DNA of 64,000 nt from Desulfatiglandales bacterium (GCA_963666345.1 OY762721.1:1984001-2048000), one strand, 5' to 3'. Numbered from the stretch's first letter, positions 28,487 through 39,457 are shown. The notes: generated by a model not told the origin, from the letters alone. Program-made: numbers and translations.

Positions 28487-30418
28487 CTATATCTCAATCC
28501 AAAATTCACCGCTCTTTGAAGGATCATACCCCCCCAACCCTGATACCCTTTCCTTGAAGCTGTCGGAGCCTACTGTATCGATCAGGAACCTGACATTTTC
28601 CAGTTCCAGATTGGCGCTCGGAATTATCAGATCATACTGCTCGCGCACCACCGGAATAAAATCCAGATCAAGGGCCTTTGCGGCGGCGAATATCCCCATT
28701 CCGCAATCGGCAGCCCCGCTGAGCACATCAACCGCCACGTTCATATGGGTAAACTCCTCCCGATCATACCCGCTGATCGCCGCAGGATCAATACCTAGCT
28801 GATCCAGTTTATAATCAAAAAGGATGCGCGTACCGGAGCCGGCCTGTCTGTTGACAAACGATGCATCCTGATTTACAAGGTCCTCGATACCCCCTATCGC
28901 CTTAGGGTTTCCCTTTGAAACTATAAGCCCCTGATCCCTCAAAACCAGATGAAATATACTGATCCTTGTCCCTTTCAGATATTTCTTGATATAAGAGACA
29001 TTGTACTGACCTGTTTCAGTATCCAGCAGGTGAGAACCGGCAAGGTGGCATATCCCTTTTTTCAGGGCCATGAGTCCTCCCAGACTCCCCACATTGCCCG
29101 ATGACAACCTGATGCTGCTTCCCTTCTGCCTTATTTCATCCCCGATCAGGTCGATGGTGTTGTCGTGACTGCCGATTACAACGATCGTGTTAAGCAGTTC
29201 ATCCTTTCCGACCAGCAGCTCCGCCTCTGATTCCTCATTAACGGAGATCCCCTCTGAAAGGGCGGGTATGCGGATGATCCCCTCGGCCCTTGTAAGGGTC
29301 GTTATGGAGCCTGCGGCCCTGGCAAGCGGGGTGGCTACATAGCCTTTACCCACTCGTCCGATATTTACCCGCAAGAACTCCTCTATCCCGGGCTTGGAAG
29401 GGATATCCCTGCTCACTCGAACCTTCAGGCTTTCACGCTTCGGAGGATCGATCCCCTGCAGCCTGTAAAGCAGCGGTCTTACGAACCGGTCAAAGGACAA
29501 GGTTGAAGATACCGGATATCCGGGATTTCCTACTACCGGTTTTCCATCGACCTTTCCCAGGATGGTCGGCTTCCCCGGCATCATGGCAATCCCGTGGGCA
29601 ATGACATCTCCCATTTTCCCTACGGCATGTACCGTAAAATCCTTACTGCCCGCTGATGAACCGGCGTTTATCATTATTATGTGGGCATCGGAGGCTACCG
29701 CCCCTTTAATCGCTTCCAGGATCTCATCCTCCGAGTCTGGGACGATATCATAGACGACCGGTATGGCGCCGCATTCCCTTACCAGAGATGCAAGCACCTT
29801 TGAATTGTACTCGATTATCTGATTTGCACCGAGCCTGCCGGAATCCTTCAGGTCCTTGTGATTCACCAGCTCGGAGCCGGTCGGTATGACAGCCACCCTG
29901 GGTCTTTGCCACACCCTGACCTGAAAGACACCCGCACCTATCAGGGCTCCGATATCATAAGGCCTGAACAGGTGGTTTTTCGGAAACAGGAGCTGTGTCG
30001 CCACGATATCCTCTCCCACCTTGCGCACATTCTGCCACGGATAGGATGAGGAAAGTATCTCCAGATGCTCGTCATCCACCTGGTGGAGTTTTTCCACCAT
30101 TATAACCGAGTCGTAATTTTCAGGCATTGGCTGACCCGTATTGATCCAGAGGGCGTCCTTTCCTATCTCAAGGACCATCGGGTTTCTCTCGGTGGTACCG
30201 TAGGTCTTGTCGGCCTTTACCGCGATTCCGTCCATTGCGGCTGAATGAAATGAAGGAGTTGAAAGTCTGGCGAAAACAGGCTCCGAAGACACCCTGCCCA
30301 ACGCCTCCTCTGATTCAATCTCCTCCGAATCGATAAGTTTATCGATGTCAAAACTTTCCATGAACAGACCTCTGGCTTCCTCAAGGTCCTTCATATCCAG
30401 GTAAACCTGCCTTTTCAT
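28487..30418 (-). CDS. moeA: Molybdopterin molybdotransferase MoeA fused to a PBP/LysR-type substrate-binding domain
   Basis: SAAMDG, PTGSEL, GSSAGSKD, PGKP; C-terminal GSHD, GSLGGL, FVNRQAGSGTR. Confidence 0.92.
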   Translation of the reverse strand: MKRQVYLDMKDLEEARGLFMESFDIDKLIDSEEIESEEALGRVSSEPVFARLSTPSFHSAAMDGIAVKADKTYGTTERNPMVLEIGKDALWINTGQPMPENYDSVIMVEKLHQVDDEHLEILSSSYPWQNVRKVGEDIVATQLLFPKNHLFRPYDIGALIGAGVFQVRVWQRPRVAVIPTGSELVNHKDLKDSGRLGANQIIEYNSKVLASLVRECGAIPVVYDIVPDSEDEILEAIKGAVASDAHIIMINAGSSAGSKDFTVHAVGKMGDVIAHGIAMMPGKPTILGKVDGKPVVGNPGYPVSSTLSFDRFVRPLLYRLQGIDPPKRESLKVRVSRDIPSKPGIEEFLRVNIGRVGKGYVATPLARAAGSITTLTRAEGIIRIPALSEGISVNEESEAELLVGKDELLNTIVVIGSHDNTIDLIGDEIRQKGSSIRLSSGNVGSLGGLMALKKGICHLAGSHLLDTETGQYNVSYIKKYLKGTRISIFHLVLRDQGLIVSKGNPKAIGGIEDLVNQDASFVNRQAGSGTRILFDYKLDQLGIDPAAISGYDREEFTHMNVAVDVLSGAADCGMGIFAAAKALDLDFIPVVREQYDLIIPSANLELENVRFLIDTVGSDSFKERVSGLGGYDPSKSGEFWIEI

Positions 30419-31676
30419 AAACCGCCTCCCCTTGTGTCGCTCAGAAGAATGGCCTCAACCTCCTGGTCTTTGTAAAGGCCCTCTGTATTAATATCGATTT
30501 TTACCAGCGCATCGGCCTCCACAAGTGTGGATATAAGGCCCGACTTTCCGAAGACCGGCTCGGCAATGATTCCCTGCCCGTCCCTTATCAGTCTGACCCT
30601 GATATAGTCTTCCCTGCCGGGGGCTGATTCTATGTTTCGCCCCATCTTCGCGGGCACTCTTCGGTCGGATACTCCCGGGATACCTGATCCGCCCGACAAT
30701 ATTGATATCAAAGGTGCCAGTATGACCTTTGCCACTATAAGGGCCGAGCTTACATGCCCCGGGAGCCCGATAACCGGCTTTGAACCGGCCTTGCCTATTA
30801 TCGTCGGTTTACCGGGGCTTATCGAGATCCCGTGGGTCAGCAATTCAAAATCCTTGAGGGTATCAAATACCTTGAGGGTCAAATCCCTTGTGCCCACTGA
30901 ACTGCCCCCCGATATCCAGACCATGTCGGCCATGGAAAGCGCCTTTTCAATCGTGTCTTTCAATGACTCGAAACTGTCCCTGCAAAGCTCGGTGTAAACG
31001 GTCCTCACACCCATGCTCGCACAAAAGGAGGAAAGAGTGTATCTGTTTATATCCCTTACCTGGCCCGGTAATGGTTTTTTGTCGATAGAAACGACTTCGT
31101 CCCCTGTAGAGATTACTGCCACCTCCGGCCTGACATAGAGATCGACTTCCGACCTTCCGAGCCCCGCCATGACACCGATATCCTGGGGACGAATAACATC
31201 TCCCCTTTTTAATACTGTTTCTCCTTTTTTTACATCGTCATCCGGTTGGATAACGTTTTCAAGGGGCGAGACCGCGCGGCTTATCTCAAGCGTATCCTCA
31301 TCCAGGATATGACAGTACTCAACCATTACAACCGCATCGGCTTCTTCGGGAAGCATTCCTCCAGTGGAGATCTTTACCGCCCCGCCCTTTGGAACGGGTC
31401 TTGCGGGCTTCCGTCCCATGAGAACTTCGCCTGCGATCTCAAAGAAGGCCGGAAGGCTCTCAGCGGCTCCAAAGGTATCCCTTGACCTTACCGCGTAACC
31501 GTCCATCGTGGATCTGTAAAAACCGGGCATATCATCATCGGCTGCCAGATCCCTGCTCAGGATCCTGCCCAGGCGTCTTCTATCGGAACTGATTCCTCAC
31601 CCAGCGGCCCGAATCGGTCTTTCATTATCTCAAAAACCTGAGCAGGCCTTTTTAACTTGAAAAAACTTTCCATCAT
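30415..31676 (-). CDS. moeA: Molybdopterin molybdotransferase MoeA (Glp), one-base frameshift near 31572
   Basis: STMDGYA, STGDE, GGSSVG, PGKP. The N-terminus MMESFFKLK...EDA joins LGRILSRD if one C is restored. Confidence 0.88.
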
Positions 31677-31717
31677 TCACCTGTTTTAACCGATAATATA
31701 CTAGAAAGAATCATATT

Positions 31718-31736
31718 TGACATAAGGAATATGTCA
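31718..31736. promoter_or_regulatory. Palindromic candidate operator upstream of the moeA operon
   Basis: TGACATA-N5-TATGTCA, 42 bp upstream of the start codon. Confidence 0.4.
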
Positions 31737-32021
31737 CAAGGGATATAGCACTGCAATAAAAAACTGGCCTAGGTTTATGACAATTCCTTATTTTTCAGGC
31801 TTTCATGAGGATTAACTCCCATGTTTGAGGCAGAAAACCGCGGCCTGAATAATTATTCGGCGCATTCGCAAAAAATACCGCTCATGGACCCCTCCCGAGG
31901 TGTAACCGCTGGACTTTTTATAAAACAGTCATATTTTATTGCCTGAGGCATGATCATTCAGGCCTTCATATATCTTTCAGGGCCTTTCATAAACAGAACC
32001 GGTATTTGAAAGGATACAGGC

Positions 32022-32585
32022 ATGATACGGAATACATATCCAAAGGATGTGATGCTGAAGGACGGCACTGAGGTAACGCTCACACTTGTAAACAAGGACA
32101 ACCGGGACAGGCTTATCAGCTTTTACGCCTCCCTTTCAGAGACGGACCGCTGGTTTTTGACGGAGGACACCCTTGATCCTCAAGTCATCGATAGCTGGTT
32201 GGAAAACCAGGAAAAGGGGAATTCCTTCTGTATCGTCGCTACATTTGATGAAGTCGTGGTTGCCCATGCCTGCCTGCTTATGCGTCGCTATGGTGGAAGA
32301 AACAGGATCGGGCGGCTCCGCGTTATGGTGTCCCGGGATTTCAGGGGCAGGAGATTGGGAACCTGGATGATCTTTGATCTTACCAGAAGGGCAATGGAGC
32401 TGGGGCTTGAGAAACTTCGGGCCGATTTTGTGGTGGGTATCGATGACCCGGCAATAGAGGCTGTAAAAAAAATGGATTTTTTCAGGCAGGGTCTCCTTGA
32501 AAACTACCTCCTGGACCAAAAAGGCAAAAAATACGACTATATAATTATGACAAAAAACCTACATAAAGATTGGAGTGATTTTTAA
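32022..32585 (+). CDS. GNAT acetyltransferase
   Basis: V.RDFRGRRLGT acetyl-CoA-binding motif. Confidence 0.85.
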   Translation: MIRNTYPKDVMLKDGTEVTLTLVNKDNRDRLISFYASLSETDRWFLTEDTLDPQVIDSWLENQEKGNSFCIVATFDEVVVAHACLLMRRYGGRNRIGRLRVMVSRDFRGRRLGTWMIFDLTRRAMELGLEKLRADFVVGIDDPAIEAVKKMDFFRQGLLENYLLDQKGKKYDYIIMTKNLHKDWSDF

Positions 32586-32591
32586 CAGCAG

Positions 32592-33233
32592 ATGTGCAAC
32601 CTGGAAAAAAAGGAGATAAACCAGCCGATCTCGGAAGGAATTATAAAGATACGCTCGGTGGCGTGCGAAGAGGAATTTTCCTCTCTTTTTCTTGAAAAGG
32701 AATTCAGCGGATATCCATGCTACAAACCTGTCGTGTCCGGGAAAAATGAACTCCTTAAGGCCTTCAGGCGCTCGGATACAAGGCTGACGCTCGCGATCAA
32801 GGATGAAACGGATATTATCGGGTTTGGATTACTTGAACCCCCCTTTCCCGATGAAAGATGGGCCAGGCTCCGAAAGGGCTTGATGCTGGAGGTTTCCGTA
32901 TTTGAGGTAAGCCGGAAATGGAGATCCATGGGTATATCAACCGGGATACTGAAACACCTTGTAAACAGTGGGAAATGGGAAGACTCGATCCTTTACATGG
33001 TGGGATATTCATGGACCTGGGATCTCGACGGAAAAGGGCTTGACCCGATGTCCTACCGGGATATGCTTATAAATATTTTTTCCAGGCAGGGGTTCCGGAG
33101 ATTTCAGACAAATGAACCGAACGTGATGTTGCGGCCGGAAAACCTTTTCATGGCAAGGCTGGGGGAATCGGTGCCGGAAGATCTGAAGAATCGTTTTAAA
33201 CTTTTAAGGTTTGATCTGGACCGTCTCCAATAG
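32592..33233 (+). CDS. AcuA-like GNAT acetyltransferase
   Basis: EVSRKWRSMGI and YSWTWDL...YRDML, resembling AcuA. Confidence 0.75.
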   Translation: MCNLEKKEINQPISEGIIKIRSVACEEEFSSLFLEKEFSGYPCYKPVVSGKNELLKAFRRSDTRLTLAIKDETDIIGFGLLEPPFPDERWARLRKGLMLEVSVFEVSRKWRSMGISTGILKHLVNSGKWEDSILYMVGYSWTWDLDGKGLDPMSYRDMLINIFSRQGFRRFQTNEPNVMLRPENLFMARLGESVPEDLKNRFKLLRFDLDRLQ

Positions 33234-33272
33234 AAATCATTACTTCATCGCATAACTATAGGGCAATCCGCC

Positions 33273-34352
33273 ATGAAAAATTTTCTCATAAATTCGTATG
33301 ACAAGGTGCTCAAAGATCCATGGCCCCTTCTTAATGCCGCCTTTCACCTGCTGGGCATCTTCGTTGCAGCCTCTCTTGCCTGGTGGATCTTAAACAAGCT
33401 CTTAGCCAAATTGAAAAAGAGGTATGAAGGCACTCAGTTTTTTTTAAAAAACGAGATCTTTTTTACCCTTATCAGGAGGGCAGGGCACTTTTCCATCCTT
33501 CTTGTTACCGCCATATGGATTCTTAAGGTCTTTAATATCCTTTTTGTCGAAAAAATATTTTTCGCCGCCATTATTATCATCCTGACATATTTTGCCAACG
33601 GCATAGCAAACCTTCTCATTCCACTTCTGCAGGAAAGACTGGCCAAGAATACAGCCACGAATTTTGACGACGTCTTGCTCGACCTTTTCAGGAAATTCTC
33701 CGGGATAATAATTTATCTGACAGGCTTCGTGCTTGCCCTTGATGCCCTCGGCGTTGATATTATGCCCTTTGTCGCCGGCGCGGGCGTGGTTGGAATTGCC
33801 ATTGGTTTTGCCGCCAAAGACACCCTCTCGAATCTCATCGCAGGTGTCCTTCTCATAATCGACCGCCCCTTTGAGGTGGGAGACCGGATAGAGGTCTGGA
33901 CCGCCCCTTCAAACTCGGCAACCTGGGGAGATGTGATGGATATAGGGATGAGGGCGACAAAAATCAGGACCACCGACAATATAATAATAGTCATACCGAA
34001 CAACGAGATAATGAAACGCGACATCATCAACTACACCACTATTACGGATGAAATAAGGGTAAGAATCCCTATTGGAATCGGCTATGATGCTGATATCAAA
34101 AAGGCCAAAAAGGCCGTTGAAGAAATCAGCTACGAGATGGACTGGGTAATGAAAGACCAGCCCACCAAGGTGGTGGTCAAAAGCTTCGGAGACTCGTCGG
34201 TCAATCTGGAGGCCAGAATCTGGATAAAGGACCCGCGCCGCAGGATTGATACGATCTCATACGTCACGGACAGGACAAAGGAGGTGTTTGACGAGGAAGG
34301 CATTGAAATCCCTTATCCCAAAAGGGATATCATCATACGAAAGGAATCTTGA
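33273..34352 (+). CDS. Small-conductance mechanosensitive channel (MscS family)
   Basis: GIAIGFAAKDTLSNLIAG, DRPFEVGD, IPNN, GIEIPYP. Confidence 0.93.
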   Translation: MKNFLINSYDKVLKDPWPLLNAAFHLLGIFVAASLAWWILNKLLAKLKKRYEGTQFFLKNEIFFTLIRRAGHFSILLVTAIWILKVFNILFVEKIFFAAIIIILTYFANGIANLLIPLLQERLAKNTATNFDDVLLDLFRKFSGIIIYLTGFVLALDALGVDIMPFVAGAGVVGIAIGFAAKDTLSNLIAGVLLIIDRPFEVGDRIEVWTAPSNSATWGDVMDIGMRATKIRTTDNIIIVIPNNEIMKRDIINYTTITDEIRVRIPIGIGYDADIKKAKKAVEEISYEMDWVMKDQPTKVVVKSFGDSSVNLEARIWIKDPRRRIDTISYVTDRTKEVFDEEGIEIPYPKRDIIIRKES

Positions 34353-34880
34353 CGGAAGCGGACCAGCACAGTTTCCTCTCACAGAGTCCACAGAGCACAC
34401 AGAGAAAAGGCCATGGCTCTTCTACAACAGCATTTCCCTTCGCCACTTGAATCCTCGACCCCTCGGACCCTTGAACCCTGCTCTTTTTAACCGCCCGCTT
34501 CGCTTGACAAAAGCGGATAACTACGGATGGTATTTTTTACTCTCCCGATGCCGGCAGAGTAAAAGCCTCGTTTGCTTCGCAAAAGGTGCCTGGTTGTTCC
34601 TTTTTCAACACCTGACCTTTAAAATCCCGGATCCTCTTATTCTGCATGTCACACAAAAAGTTGAATGATAAACTCCGGAGTTTACCTCAAGGCATTTCCA
34701 CTTGAACCCTAGACTCCTCGAATCCTTGGACCCTTCTCTTTAAACCCTTTTTCACCTTTCTCGCCCACTAATAACAGTACCCTTGTTTTCTCAGGTTCAC
34801 CCCTCGGACCCTCGGACCCTCGGACCCTCGAAACCGGAAACCAGCTGCGAAGCAGTGGGCCTGAGCGAAGCGTAGCGTAG
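34352..34880 (-). repeat. Mosaic of repeat modules (F, octamer arrays, B 34598-34692, A 34484-34586, D)
   Basis: Each module has homologous copies elsewhere in the window. Confidence 0.8.
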
Positions 34881-35090
34881 CAAAGAAAAACTCCCTCTAC
34901 CGTAGCTCTATACCAGCAAACGACCAGCAGTTTTTAGGGCACAAACACAGATGGGCAAAGACAAAGTTCAGGCTATGGAGCATTATTTAATTTTTGATTT
35001 TTCAATAAAATTTGGATATAGCTGGTAAGGATAGTCTGTTTCAGTTTTTAATCGCATTTTAATCCCGATCAGTCTGAATTTTTAAGGATA

Positions 35091-36821
35091 TTGGACAGCA
35101 AAAACCTTTACAATCTTTACTTTCTCTGCTTCTCCGTGGCCATAGGCATCCTTGCCGCCATAGGGGCACTGTTCTTTCGTACCCTTATCGAAGTCTTTCA
35201 AGGCCTTTTCTGGCATTCAGGGACCACATTTCTTGACAGGCTCATAGAGTCTCCCTGGTGGATCAAACTCATCGTACCGACGGCGGGGGGGCTGATCGCC
35301 GGGATATTGATAAAAAACTGGGTACCAGAGGCAAAAGGCCCGGGGGTATCCGAACTGATCCTCTCGGTGGCAAGAAGGGGAAGCACTATCCGCCACAGGG
35401 TAACCTTTTTAAAAGCCCTGGTAACGAGTCTCCTTATAGGAAGCGGGGCATCGGTGGGCCGAGAAGGTCCCATAGCACAGATAGGTGCATCGGTCGGCTC
35501 ATCCCTGGCGCAGCTCTTCAAACTGGACCCGGATCTCAGAAGGGTATGCCTTGCCGCAGGGGCCGCGGCAGGCATATCCGCCACATTTAATGCGCCCATA
35601 ACCGGCACCCTTTTTGCCGTGGAAATAATCCTCCTTGACATCGAGATGGTCTACATAAGTCATATCATCATCGCTTCCGTTATCGCCTCGGTGCTTTCAA
35701 GGATGTTCTGGGGGGAATTCCCCACGTTTCACGCCTTTTCCTTTCACCTGGACCACTACTGGGAACTCAATATCTACCTTGTTCTGGGAGTGCTGGCGGG
35801 TTTTGTTTCCATAGCCTTTGTCCGCCTGATATACGCGACAGACGGGGTCTTTCAGAAGATCAACATCCCCGAATGGATAAAACCGGGCATCGGCGGGGCT
35901 CTACTCGGAATAATAGCCCTGAAGCTTCCCCATGTCATGGGTGTGGGGTACGAAACGGTAAATCTCTCCCTTGCTGGAACTATCGGCCTGAAGCTGGCTG
36001 CGCTTGTCCTGCTGGGCAAGATAGTGGCCACATCCCTTTCCATCGGCTCCGGCATGAGCGGGGGGATCTTCGCACCGTCTCTGTTCCTTGGCGCGACCCT
36101 CGGCACGGTAGTGGGAATCGGAGCCGATCAGATACTCGACCCCTCCCTCATTCCGAGCAACTATGCCCTGGCCGGAATGGGCGCGGTCGTGGCCGGCACC
36201 ACCCTTGCGCCGATAACGGCAATACTGACCATATTCGAACTGACCTATAATTATCAGATAATGCTTCCCTTGATGGTCGCCTGCATAACAAGCGCCATTA
36301 TCATGAGGGTGTTCTTCGGATATTCGGCCTACGAGATGAAACTCATCAAACAGGGGATCAACATAGTAAGGGGCCATGATGTGGGGATACTGAGGAACCT
36401 CATTGTGAAGGACTACATGGTGACCGAGTTTGAACACCTCCATGAAGACAGCAGGCTATCCGAGATAGCAGAAAGGGTGATGGACTCCCCGTATCCCCAT
36501 TTCCCGGTATTTGACAAGGCGGACAGGCTTACCGGTGTGCTCTCTCTCAAGGACCTAAAGGCGTCTCTGGATAAATTTCTGGAACTGAGAGAGATAGTCA
36601 TAGCCGCCGATCTCATGACAAAGGAGGTAATAACCATTACCGCGGAAGACAACCTGGAAAAGGCGCTGCACCTGTTCGAAAGCCGCAAGGTGTCTCTTCT
36701 GCCCGTAACGGACGCCCGGGATAAGGGAATCGTCCTGGGGATACTGAAAAAAGACGACCTCCTTCACACATACAAGGAAAGGGTACTCAAGTTTCAGATG
36801 CTTTCCACTCCACTCAAGTAA
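35091..36821 (+). CDS. CLC chloride channel/transporter with one CBS pair
   Basis: GPGVSE, GREGP, GIFAP; two CBS repeats; TTG start. Confidence 0.92.
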   Translation: MDSKNLYNLYFLCFSVAIGILAAIGALFFRTLIEVFQGLFWHSGTTFLDRLIESPWWIKLIVPTAGGLIAGILIKNWVPEAKGPGVSELILSVARRGSTIRHRVTFLKALVTSLLIGSGASVGREGPIAQIGASVGSSLAQLFKLDPDLRRVCLAAGAAAGISATFNAPITGTLFAVEIILLDIEMVYISHIIIASVIASVLSRMFWGEFPTFHAFSFHLDHYWELNIYLVLGVLAGFVSIAFVRLIYATDGVFQKINIPEWIKPGIGGALLGIIALKLPHVMGVGYETVNLSLAGTIGLKLAALVLLGKIVATSLSIGSGMSGGIFAPSLFLGATLGTVVGIGADQILDPSLIPSNYALAGMGAVVAGTTLAPITAILTIFELTYNYQIMLPLMVACITSAIIMRVFFGYSAYEMKLIKQGINIVRGHDVGILRNLIVKDYMVTEFEHLHEDSRLSEIAERVMDSPYPHFPVFDKADRLTGVLSLKDLKASLDKFLELREIVIAADLMTKEVITITAEDNLEKALHLFESRKVSLLPVTDARDKGIVLGILKKDDLLHTYKERVLKFQMLSTPLK

Positions 36822-36874
36822 CTTGAAAAACGGGCAGGTCAATATGTCACACCCGGTTTCTTTGCTCCGCTTGT

Positions 36875-36918
36875 GCTTTGCTCAGTCCCACTGCTTCGCA
36901 GCGGGTTCCCGGTTTCAG
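36875..36918 (+). repeat. Family F repeat
   Basis: GCTCAGTCCCACTGCTTCGCAGCGGGTTCCCGGTTTCA; other copies at 34830-34871 (-), 44904-44948 and 57455-57499. Confidence 0.85.
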
Positions 36919-36951
36919 GTATTAGACACCTTGGAACCTCGACCCGTTCAA

Positions 36952-37299
36952 TCAGAAATCCTTGTACTCTTCTCTTGCAGGGGTAAAGACCTCGACAAAT
37001 TCGGCATCCTCCACGACTTCGGCGCCATGCGTCTTGTCCGCTGAAAAGATGTACGAATCACCCTTTTTTACCTGAAATTCATCATCAGGACTTTCCCCCT
37101 TGAAAAGCATTTTACCTGATATGACATAGCCCACCTGTACTGCACGGTGCGAATGAAGAGGAATACGTGCGCCCGCCTTCAGCGTAAAATGGCAGAGCAT
37201 CGCCTCATCATCATATGCTAGGGTCTTGCGGATTACCCCTTCCGGACCTTCAACAGGAATTCCTTGATCAACACTTTTCATCTTCATAATATAATTCAC
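36952..37299 (-). CDS. Cupin-domain protein
   Basis: PLHSH.AVQVGYVISG...THGAEV; EVFTPAREEY. Confidence 0.88.
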   Translation of the reverse strand: MNYIMKMKSVDQGIPVEGPEGVIRKTLAYDDEAMLCHFTLKAGARIPLHSHRAVQVGYVISGKMLFKGESPDDEFQVKKGDSYIFSADKTHGAEVVEDAEFVEVFTPAREEYKDF

Positions 37300-37310
37300 T
37301 CCTCTGTTAA

Positions 37311-39457
37311 TTAGTGCACATCCGGAAACGGATCATTTCCGGATGTTGCTTTCAGCCCTGCCACATTCAGACGGCCAAGCCTGTTAAACCGAGCGTACAG
37401 CCCGGCCCTCTGCATAAGCTCCTCGTGATTTCCGCTCTCCATTATCCTGCCCCGGTCCATCACGAAGATCCTGTCCGCCTTTCTGATTGTCGCCATTCTG
37501 TGTGCCACAATAATGGTCGTCCTGGAGCGGGTCATATGGTTTACGGCCTCCTGGATAAGCCGCTCCGTCTCAGGGTCCACGCTCGAAGTCGCCTCATCCA
37601 GTATCAGCACCCCGGGGTCTCCGGCAAGGGCCCTTGCAAAGGAGAGAAGCTGCCTCTGCCCGGCGGAGATGCTCGCCCCTTCTTCTCCCACCTCATGGCC
37701 GAGACCCTGCGGCAGCCTCTTTATAAACCCTGCCGCGTTTGCCTTAACCACGGCCCTTTGAAGAGCGCCTCGATCGATCCCGCTCCTTCCAAGCAGTATG
37801 TTATCCTGAAGGCTGCCCGCAAATATGAAGACATCCTGAAGCACCAGGCTTATCGAGTCTCTAAGCTTTTCCTTCGGCCACATCCTCAGATCGACCCGGT
37901 CCAGGCTTATTCTGCCTTGATCCGGATCATGGAAGCGTTCAAGAAGGCTTATAAGGGTGGTCTTTCCGGATCCCGTAGCACCCACTATCGCGACCGTTTC
38001 CCCCGGTTTTACCTCAAATGAGACGTCATCTATCACCTTCCGCCCTTTTTCATATGAAAACGAGACCCTGTCAAATATCACGTGACCTTCGCTTTTCCCG
38101 GGCATAACAGGGTTTACCGGCTCAGGGATCTCCTCTCTGTGATCCATGAATTCAAAGATCCGCTCGGTAGAAGCCATGGCCGACTGCATGATGTTGTATT
38201 TCTCCGATATGTCCCTTATCGGTTTAAAGAACATCTGTATATAGCTTATAAATGCCACCAGGGTCCCGAGGGTGATCTGCTCCGATACGACCCGCCCCCC
38301 GCCCTTCCAGATAATGAGGGCCACGGCAAATGAGGAGAAAAGTTCCATAAGGGGCATAAAAACGGCAAACACCCGTATCTGCTTCATCCCTGCCAGGTAG
38401 TTTTCCCTGCTTATGGACCTGAAAGCCGCATACTGCGACTCCTCCTGCGCGAAAAGCTGTATTACCCTCATCCCTTTATCCTTTCCTGAATAAAGGAGTT
38501 TATCTTTGCAACCGTGGTTCTCAGTTCGCGAAACGCCTCCCTGGCCAACCTGCTGAACAGGAGGGTAAGTGCGAAAATAAAGGGAACAAGGGCCATACAG
38601 ATAAGCGCAAGGCCGATATTTAGATAGAAAAGAACGGAAAGGATACCCAGAAGGAGAAAAAAATCCTTGAAAAGGGTAATAAGCACCGACTTGAACATCT
38701 CGTTCAGGTTTTCCACGTCGTTTGTCACGCGGGTGACGAGCCTTCCCACCGGGTGCCTGTTAAAAAAAGAAAGAGACTGGGAAAGGATCCTGTCAAAGAG
38801 CTTAAGCCTTATATCATGCATCACCCTCTGACCTATGAATTCAAGTGTGTAATGTTCGGCATAGCCGAATGCGAAAGAAAAAAAGATGAAAGAAAAAAAG
38901 ATGAAGGCGACAAAAGAAACTCCTCTTACATCCCCGCCCCTTATATCAAGCACCTTATCCCTTTCAAGACCATCCATAAGCTCAAACGGGATGAGAAAGG
39001 AGCCGTCATGCATTTTGCGGCATTTATCTCTTTTATCCGGCCCGATGCCTGAATAAAAGGCATCCGGCCCGGCCCTGTAAAACCTTTCACTCCCTATTAT
39101 GCCGCGGCTTTTAAACCTGCTTAGTTCCGCGGGATCGATCTTTCTCATATCCTCATGGGAAATGAAATCGACGGACTCCGCCTTTATCAGAAGATCGTCA
39201 TATTTTTCAACCGTCAGGCCTTCTCCCCCCTTATCCGGTTGAACCATATACCAGGATGAGATTATATACCTGTCTATGGCGATCTTTGCCAGATAGGGCG
39301 ATGCCAGATCGAAGATGGTGATGAAAAGGGAAAGTGAAAGCCCCAGCAGGATCCGCTTCTTATAGGGAAACGCGTGTTTTGCAAGCCTTTTTAAAAGCGA
39401 AAGGTTATAGGGCCTTCCAAGCTCCCCTTCCTCCATATAGCCGTATTCCCCGTACAT
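37311..39457 (-). CDS. ABC exporter fused permease/ATPase, split by a one-base frameshift near 38473
   Basis: TMD ORF ends QERIKG*, next ORF starts MRVIQLF; restoring one G gives a continuous protein with GATGSGKT, ISAGQ, LDEAT. Confidence 0.88.

Noticed and set aside
34798..34830. CCCTCGGA tandem repeats as a CRISPR or coding VNTR
   Set aside because: Short tandem octamers without spacers; part of the dispersed octamer family.
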